Positions 56,056 to 64,000 of a stretch of 64,000 nucleotides of DNA are shown here, piece after piece. The stretch spans positions 7,589,846 through 7,653,845 of the forward strand of contig CM082577.2 in the NCBI GenBank assembly GCA_040954595.2, in the 5' to 3' direction. The notes under the pieces are model-generated. The model saw only the letters and a list, made by a program, of their open reading frames with translations, did no database searches and was not told the origin of the DNA. Position 1 is the first letter of the stretch. Each line of letters begins with the position of its first letter. Origin of the DNA: Balanoglossus misakiensis (Eukaryota; Animalia; Hemichordata). The position numbers and the translations under genes were made by a program.

Positions 56056-59000
56056 ATGAAGTGGTGCCGGTGGCGTTCGCGATCGGATGCGAGAGTTGTT
56101 CGCACTGGTGTGAGACTTGTAATTGGAGTGATCACCGGTTTTATGTGCGGCACCTTTCTGCACCTCCACGGGTTCAACATGTCTCAGTCTTGTCGCTCGC
56201 ACCCAGCGCGGCTCGGCGCCGGCGGCAGCGTGGAAATGGTTGGAAAAGAAAACAGGCCCGACAACTTCATCTACGTCGGGGTGATGACGGCCAAGATGTA
56301 CCTGTCTACCCGAGCCTCTGCCGTCAGCCGTACTTGGGCGAAATCTATACCGGGTGAAGTGACATTTTTCTCGGGTGTTGGCGACTCGAATCTCTCCTCT
56401 CTTGATATGCCGTCGGTCGCTCTACCCGTAGCAGACGACGCCTACCCGCCCCTGAAGAAGGCGTTTCTCATGCTGAAGTACATGCACGATAATTACGTGG
56501 AACGATACGAGTGGTTTGTGCGCGCCGACGACGACGTGTACATCAAGGGAGACAAACTGGAAGAATTCTTGCGCTCCGTGAACAGTTCAGAAGCTCACTA
56601 CATCGGCCATCCCGGACTAGGTGGTGATAGCGAAAAACAACCGGACTCTCTTCATTTAGCACCGGGTGAAAACTACTGCATCGGCGGACCTGGCGTGGTA
56701 GTCAGCCGCGAGACACTGCGGAGACTTGCGCCGCACATCGGACACTGTCTGCGGAGCGTGTACACGCCACACGACGACGTGGAAATAGGACGGTGTATCC
56801 GAAAGTTTGCTCGTGTAAATTGCACGTGGTCGTATGAGGTATGTCGTTTATAATTAGACGGGTTGGAGACTGCGTTTCTCTTGATCCACGTTTGCGAAGG
56901 TTTAAAACCAATTTTTTCGGAGAAAATTGTTGTACAAGTGTATTTCAAACCTCGCTTATTATACATGTAGTAGGTCAGCTGGGTTAGTCCAAACCCCGGT
57001 AGCCAGACCAATGCGAAACACCCACCAGGATTTTTTACAAAGAACGTCCGTTATTTATCGTATTTGCTGACACTGTTTAATTACAAAGTTGCGTGTACCT
57101 CTTTTTATGTAATTTGTATTTGTTTGACTTTCGATTACAAAGCATGGTACCTGCAAGTTTTCTTTCCGTGGGGCTATGCACGTTCTTACATTTCCAGAGT
57201 TCCCCTTTTCTGAGTAAATGACGTCTACAAAGCGATGATTTGTGCCACAATGAACTGCGCTATACGAGATCTTATATAGTATAGGCTTCCAGCAGTGTTC
57301 TACATGTCTAAGTATTGGTCAGCAAATAGGCCTACCGACACAATGAACGTACAGCATGATTTGTGCCCTCGGTGATCAGAATCTTATGAAATTCGTATAC
57401 ATGTATCGGCGACATGCCTACTCTACGAACTTTTACAGCCCGTATGCCATTGCATATGTTGTCTGGTCGTATCATTTTTCTATTTCTGAGGTAAAACTCG
57501 AAAGATGCGAAATACAACTCAGTATGGTGACCATAAAATGGCACGTGGTTTTATTTATTTATTTTTTCCAGATGCGGCACTTGTTTTACCAAAATTACTC
57601 CACGAGAGACGCCTTCAAGGGAAACATTCGCCTGCCTGAAGTGTATCGCGCGATATCTCTCCACCCGATTAAAACAACGAGGAACCTGTACAGGATACAC
57701 TCCTACGCCCTTTCTAAAAAGATCGACGACTTGAATTTCCAGGTAGCAAGAAACAAGAAAGAAATTGAAGAGATGGAGATCGTTTTGGCGATGAAGCGAA
57801 GCAGCGGTGTGGAAGACTTCAAAGCCGCCGAAATGGAGCTTGTAACCGCTGCTCGCTATAAAGCATGCTCTTACACGGACGTAATTCGTTGGGAGTTTCT
57901 GTCTCCGTCGTCTTATTCGTCGTGGGTGGGAGACAGACAGAAGCGTTCTTTGCCGCGATCGCGCCAATCAGAAATAGGCAACCTTATGTCCCTCATCGCA
58001 GAAACTGGGCGCATGAACTTCACAACGGGGAAAATATTGTATGGGTACAGACAGGTCAACCCACGGATTGGCAGCTCTTACGTCATCAGACCTCACCTGC
58101 AGGAGATGAACTTGAAGAGAGCGAACGCGAACCACATAAGACGGCAACACCTCTATTTGCGTCGTCCGTTTGGGAAGGTCGAGTTTCGCGAGGACGCTTC
58201 AAGAACTTACAGACCGGCGTCTACATTGGGCAAAGTCCCGCGGCAGCTTGCGAACCGTGGTGACGACATGGAAGAGACGGAACACGGCGCGAATACGATA
58301 CACTTCGTTGTTCCGCTGTCGGGGAGATTCGAAATCTTCCAGGCCTTTATGAAAAACTTCGATGAAGTCTGTCTGAAAAGTAAGGAGGACGTGGCGCTCG
58401 CCGTAGTTGTCTTTGCAGATCCAACACACGACGGCCCCTCCAAAGACAAGTACTCCGACTTGGTTAAAGTATACCAGGGTAACAACCCGGCTGTCGACAT
58501 TCGCCTAATTTTTGCCGCGGGGAATTTTTCTCGCGGTGTCGCACTTGAACTTGGGGCAGCGGAGTACCCGGACGACGCATTACTCATGTTTTTAGATGTC
58601 GACCCTGACTTCGGACCCGATTTCCTACTCCGCTGTCGCGAAAGCACAATAAGGGGCAAACAGGTGTATTATCCAATCATGTTCACTCAGTTTAATCCAA
58701 ACTTGCTGCTCGATGCCTCAAGCGGAACACGGAGTTCCAAGTCAGCGTCCGTTCCATCGAGCGACTCGGGCTTCTTTATAGACTATTCGTACGGCATGGT
58801 GTGTGCATACTACAGCGACATCAAGCGAGTCGGCGGATTTGATCTTGGCATAATCGGCTGGGGCCTGGAGGACGTCGATCTGTATGAAAAATTCATTAGC
58901 GGTAACCTAACCATCTTCCGTGGGCGCGATGTCTCTCTGATCCACAGATATCACGACAAGTACTGCGATCCTCAACTTTCGGCGACGCAGTATGAGATGT

Positions 59001-59101
59001 GCCTTGGCTCCAAGTCATTGATTACTGCCGGTTCCGCGCAATTGTCAAAACTCGTCCTTTTAGGCAGGGCACGGAAAACTCAACAAAGACAAGCGAAGTA
59101 G
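56056..59101 (+). CDS. CHSY1: Chondroitin sulfate synthase (CHSY1/3-like), 2 exons, ~770 aa
   Basis: Exons 56056-56838 and 57572-59101 join CTWSYE|MRHLFYQNY. Type II TM anchor; FIYVGVMTA, DDAYPPLKKAFLMLKYMHD, WFVRADDDVY, ENYCIGGPGVV, HDDVEIGRC (GT31-like domain); IHFVVPLSGR, FSRGVAL, FLDVD, VYYPIMFTQF, GGFD..IIGWGLEDVDLY (GT7-like domain). Exact paralog identity is uncertain. Confidence 0.88.
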
Positions 59102-60268
59102 CTCATTTGCGAATAAAACTTTAATCTTAAGGGACTAGTGTACCGACGAGAATCGACTGCTGAGGTGACCGGTTACAACCGATTTTGTGATATCCACCTT
59201 TCCACAACGAAGAATTACAGACAAAGTTCTCTTCTTGTCACTGTAGCCCCATTAGTTTCAAAACCTGGTCATTATTGGGGTAACATTGAAATAGTGTTAT
59301 GCTGCGTTCGACTGTACCAGATTTGCTGAAATGTTGTTCGAGATAATGTCTTTATTTGCATATTTAATTCGGCTTAAATTTAGGTACACATGTGCACGAT
59401 TACTGTACCAAGATTTGTAAAGATACTGAACTAGAACATTTATGCAAATTACATATAATCATATAGGCCACAGCATGCAATTCTAGCACGGGGGCATATT
59501 CAGTATACGTCTGATTTTATATTGTGCCACCACCACAAATAGTTTTCCTGGATGCATTTGTGATATCTTATACTAAGAAACCTTTTCCTCGAGGACCGCA
59601 TCAGCCTTTTGCGATTACAAACCAACGAGGTATATATGCTAACCTCACCCAGACAGCTACCCTTTGTTTTGCATATTGCTGCAATATAAGCCTTTAACCC
59701 TGAAGGTGTTACTGATTCAATTATTCATAAAGAGCCAGGGAAATCTCGTGCGTTCATTTGTCTCAGTGGCCTGCCATTCGGATTAACCTCACCCACACAC
59801 ACAATATGGAAGTAGGGTGAATCTGCTCAGTTGAAAGATAAACGAATTTAGCAGTGGTGCCTTCTTGTGGTGCCTTCCCATGGGTTTAGATATAATGTAC
59901 AACAAGTCGCAGGGTAACAGACGGAAAGTTACACAACTAGTAGAGAACGATCCTACTGTGGCAGAACTGTGTTTTGATTCTGTTTTTATTATCGCAGAGT
60001 TAGATCCTGTGGTTTTTTAGACGGGTACCACTGATTTCTACCCGGCATGCACTTGCCAACTTTAGATATGATGCTGCTGTATCCCAATAGAGTTTGGTAC
60101 GCCTGCGCAGTGAAAAGAAGAAACTTACGCGGATTCCACGAGTACCTTTCCACATATTAAAATATAAAGCAACTGCCCTGACGTCACAGTAGCGTCATCA
60201 AAAGCCTGTCTCACGAACGATAGATGACTATGAGGCTGCATAGATGAGAGTTCGACACATAATCCAAA

Positions 60269-60589
60269 GTTATTTATCATAATTGATGATATTCGGCAAT
60301 ATCTTTGATGTATTCGGCTGACCCTATTCCGAGTAACTTTAACCTGTGACAGGTTCCCTTGGCATTATAATTCGACCAATTCAAGAAGATTCTGAAAATT
60401 ATCCGACATCACCCATTGGAACACTGTTATTTATCATAATTGATGATATTCGGCAATATCTTTGATGACCTGTATTCGGGTGACCCTATTCCAAGTAACT
60501 TTAACCTGTGACAGGTTCCCTTGGCATTATAATTCGATCAATTCAAGAGGATTCTGAAAATTATCCGACATCACCCATTGGAACACTGT
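60269..60589. repeat. Two-copy ~157-bp tandem duplication
   Basis: Copy 1 (60269-60425) and copy 2 (60426-60589) both start GTTATTTATCATAATTGATGATATTCGGCAATATC and end ACCCATTGGAACACT. They differ by a 5-nt insertion (ACCTG) and a few substitutions. Confidence 0.95.
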
Positions 60590-61166
60590 CAAAGTGACAT
60601 CATCAGCATGGTGACAACTAGTACTTAATTAAAGATCGGAAAGGTACCTTACTACTTTTGTGTATACACTACTCGACCCGTGGATACTGTACATGTATTA
60701 CATTTTTCTGCCCTATTCTCGGCCGATTCTCCGCGGAAAAGTCGAATATAGCTTGCCACTCTCGAAAAAGGCGATTAGCTGCTCGTCTTTGTGAGTCATC
60801 AAAGCGCATCCGCACAATCTGTTTTGTTACAGCTCAGTCCCCCAGCTATATTCTGATTATTTCTAAAGAACACGAACAGGTCTTCTTTCATGCGTGTCCT
60901 TTTGCTAGTCTGGCCTTTCCGTAGTGCCAACTAAAGGATATAAAAATATTCGGAGAATTACTGGAGATGCGAGCAAAAGCGTAAGGTAACACTTCTAGAT
61001 ACTGACTACGCATTCGGGCTGCACACGTCTCCAGTTTCGCCACCATCTGCAGCATCGTCTCTGATTTTGTTTCTTAATAAATATACGCGCAGTCGCGATT
61101 CTGTCTCACTGTGGCTCTTGACAAGCTACCGACGTCCACCCAGCGATTTCTGACTGCATCTACAGT

Positions 61167-62600
61167 ATGTTGACTAGGCGCTTGAAACTTTGCTTCTACA
61201 GAAGATTGAAATCGTACCGTTGCTTGGTTACTGCGGCAGTTTTGTTTGTCGTCACGGCCACCTGCTTGGACTTGCTCGCTGGCAGCTCGTCTCTCGGCGC
61301 GTCTGGCGGGACGAATTCCCAATGGGGACGGTTTGGATTTGATCGTCGGCACAAAGCAGACCTGCTGAGGCAGAGGGTGATTGACGTTTGTGTCAAGACC
61401 GAAAACTCTGCGATGGCTGGCTCATCACCAGGTGGTCTTGCCCGGGCCTTCGCCGACGGTGTTCCGTTTGTCGAAAACAACATCTACTGGTCGAGAGAGA
61501 TTGAACAAATGATCCCTAGAGGTAAGGACATTGCATGTATTACAACGTTTACGCCGTAGAATTATATATTCTTTAGTAAGAAAATCGGCCAAATGGTTGA
61601 CGACGGATAGATATTCATTGAGCCTCACGATAGGAAAATGAAACGGGCTCTGATAATAGCTATACCCTGGGCCAAACATCTTCTTATAAAAGCTGCGACG
61701 GTTCAGAAAACTGATGCCACCTTCTGAAGTGGAGAGGCTCTTAATCCCTATACTCTCAAATTCACACTGAGAAGGTAGGAAATCGTCGTTCCCGTCACCC
61801 ATAGTGCTCGTGTTTCAGTAACTTTAATGCTATAATCTTTTCAGCCCCTTCCGTGGAGGAGATGTTTGACATGGCGGACAGGCTGAGATCGAGTTCTGTA
61901 GTCGACATGAGTGTAGAGTTGCCGCCAGACTGTGAACACAGCAGTTGCAGTTCACCGCAGAATGCTATCGTGACGATGACTGGGGACAGGAAAGCTTACG
62001 TCCGATACAAACCATCTTGTTGGGTCTATGGTAGGAATTTTCACGTCTACGACATCTGATACTCTCTGTCTGTCTGTGTGTATGTATGTCTGTCCGTCCG
62101 TCCGTGCTGTGCTCTTCCTATCGTTCGGTCCACATGTCTGCAATCCCTGACCGCCGCTTTCTACACCCCCCCCCCTCTTTCTCTCTCTCTATTCCCTTCT
62201 CCCTCCTCTCTTCCTCTCAGCCGGCTGCTATACAAACATCATCGAGTATGGATGATTGCATTTGTTCGCAATGCGACTGCACGTAATTGATTGTTCATCA
62301 ACTTACATTTTCAAAACCACGGTCTGTTCTCGATTATCAACAGTGAGAAACAGTGCTAAAGCAGAAGAATATATTGCATGACGCGTGACTCAAATAATTA
62401 ATCTCTTGTTGTTGAACAGGGGATGTGATGGCCTTTTATTTCTCAGTGTTGCTATGCATGAACAGTGTTCCGGCCGTCATCCTCGCACGACCCAGCCAAT
62501 GGACTGATCAGTCGGTGCAACGGACGATCAAGAACAAAACTGAATGGGAGCCAGGATCGGTCGTTTCCATGATGGCGTGGATTGACAATTCCACAGAAAG
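61167..62600 (+). CDS. Four-jointed box 1 (FJX1)-like Golgi/secretory-pathway kinase, 5' partial (3 exons seen)
   Basis: Exons 61167-61521, 61845-62030, 62420-62600 are in frame. N-terminal TM anchor; VENNIYWSREIEQMIPR (cf. four-jointed GVFWS..LE..VP); C...QNAIV...DRKAYVRY...GDVMAFYFSVLL.M..VPAVILA...W.PGSVVSMMAWIDN (cf. CGRSSNRL..ACVRY..QGEALSYYLARLL..W..GSVVSLTRW.PNL). The catalytic exons must lie beyond the window. Confidence 0.78.
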
Positions 62601-63872
62601 GTCAGGCCACGCTTTAAGAACAATAACATTACTCGCAAAAAAATGACGTTTTTCTATCCGATAGAACACAGTCGCAAGTCAAAATACTTGATTTCGGGAA
62701 CTTTGCTGGTTTTATGCAATTTTTGCTACTAATTATGCACCAAGCACTTTTTGGATGTTTCTTTTAAACGTGTCAGGGGGTAATAATGTACACTAAATAG
62801 GCCTAAAAGCAATTGAACCGAGATAAGAAGTCTCTCTAACTATATGGCACCAAGAATGCGTGAGGGTAAAACAAGTGTCAGCGGAGCCCCTGGGTATTTT
62901 TCCGCTTTAACGGGCGAAAATGATTTGCACTCCTGTTTCTGACATCTTGTGCAACCGTTGAAATTGCAAAATGGTCTCAACAGGTTTGTACATCTCTTTA
63001 ACTTATTTTGGAAAAAAACACCTACTGCACCCACACTGCCAATGTATATCAATTATCCGGTAGTCAATTTTCCCCTGAAACCTTCCAGTTTACTCGTCCA
63101 ATAGAAGGAATAGCCAAATGACCGCGTCTACGTGGTAAAAAATTAATAAAGCGATATATGGAACTTTGGTTACATCGATTATTAATGGAGAGGACAATGA
63201 GTTCGGTTGATGTTAATCTTTAGTATAGTGCGTCCGTGCGTCTGACGAATGAGAGTGTTTTATACCATCTTCAGATTTGTGTGTTTTTGTGCATTTATTA
63301 TATAATGTGCCAAAAATAGTTCCAAAATCACTGGTCAATACCTATTGTCGCCGAAACCGTGTGTCTCAATCAAAGCATACTGACAACGTTCACCTCACAG
63401 GCCTGGAGATTAATTCTCGTATTTTCTCGGGTCTTTCAATAATGCACGAGAATAAACGATGCCCAACTCGACGGCATTTATTGTCCTTTTTTAATCCTCT
63501 TTGAGAGCAGCAAAAGACGGTATTATTTTACAATCGGATGGTGACAAGCTGATGCCCTAACGGATTGACACGAAGGCGGGATTTAGTTTGCCTGCCCGAA
63601 CACCTGCTATTCAATGAGTCGGCCCGATGGGCGGGGATGGGGGGATGGGAGGCTTTGGTGGGATCCGCTCTTTGGTTCACGTTGTAATCTTCATCAATCT
63701 TTCATGGACATTTCCAACTGATCTTTCTCAGCTGGCAATATCCGCCAGTTCACTCGCTCTGTCCTCCTTCCCAACCCCCGCTTTTCCGATTTACATGCAA
63801 GATCCCTATCGATACTTGGCAGGGGAAACCTGGGCGGCATGCATGATGGCGGGCAAGGGGAGAGGGCACAAT

Positions 63873-64000
63873 CTACACTACACTACACTACACTACACTA
63901 CACTACACTACACTACACTACACTACACTACACTACACTACACTACTCTACATTAAACTACACTACACTACACTACACTACACTACACTACACTACACTA
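63873..64000. repeat. (CTACA)n pentanucleotide microsatellite running off the window end
   Basis: More than 20 near-perfect CTACA units; explains the HYTTL repeat ORF. Confidence 0.97.

Noticed and set aside
57356-57571. 5' extension of the 581-aa ORF as a separate gene start
   Set aside because: It is intronic; the polypyrimidine/CAG acceptor at 57571 joins exon 1 in frame at the conserved WSYE|M junction.
60269-60589. Direct repeat as a CRISPR array or LTR pair
   Set aside because: Only two abutting copies, with no spacers, no internal region and no TG...CA ends; eukaryotic context.

Overview
Eukaryotic, intron-rich animal genomic DNA, most likely a marine invertebrate deuterostome (inferred from gene content, intron sizes and repeat style; the species cannot be confirmed). 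Bases 1-14 kb have no recognisable intact gene, only a decayed LINE 3' end and microsatellites. Seven spliced genes follow, rebuilt by hand from GT-AG junctions, and the six complete ones keep frame to a stop codon. (1) A 19-exon receptor guanylyl cyclase (+, ~1326 aa, 15.5-kb first intron). (2) FOPNL/CEP20 (-), head-to-head with (3) ADP-ribosylarginine hydrolase ADPRH (+). (4) A TEX33-like gene (-), head-to-head with (5) mitochondrial thioredoxin TXN2 (+). (6) A chondroitin sulfate synthase (+). (7) The 5' part of a four-jointed/FJX1-like Golgi kinase (+). Most interesting: the TEX33-like gene has two homologous alternative last exons; four nuclear-receptor half-sites are packed into the FOPNL/ADPRH bidirectional promoter; the cyclase has a degenerate ATP pocket in its kinase-homology domain and a long tail with a K13 tract; RFX X-box-like motifs recur around cilia-related genes; and full CRE sites sit in three introns of the cyclase catalytic region. 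No prokaryote-type system (CRISPR etc.) is present, and I do not claim a wholly new biological system.
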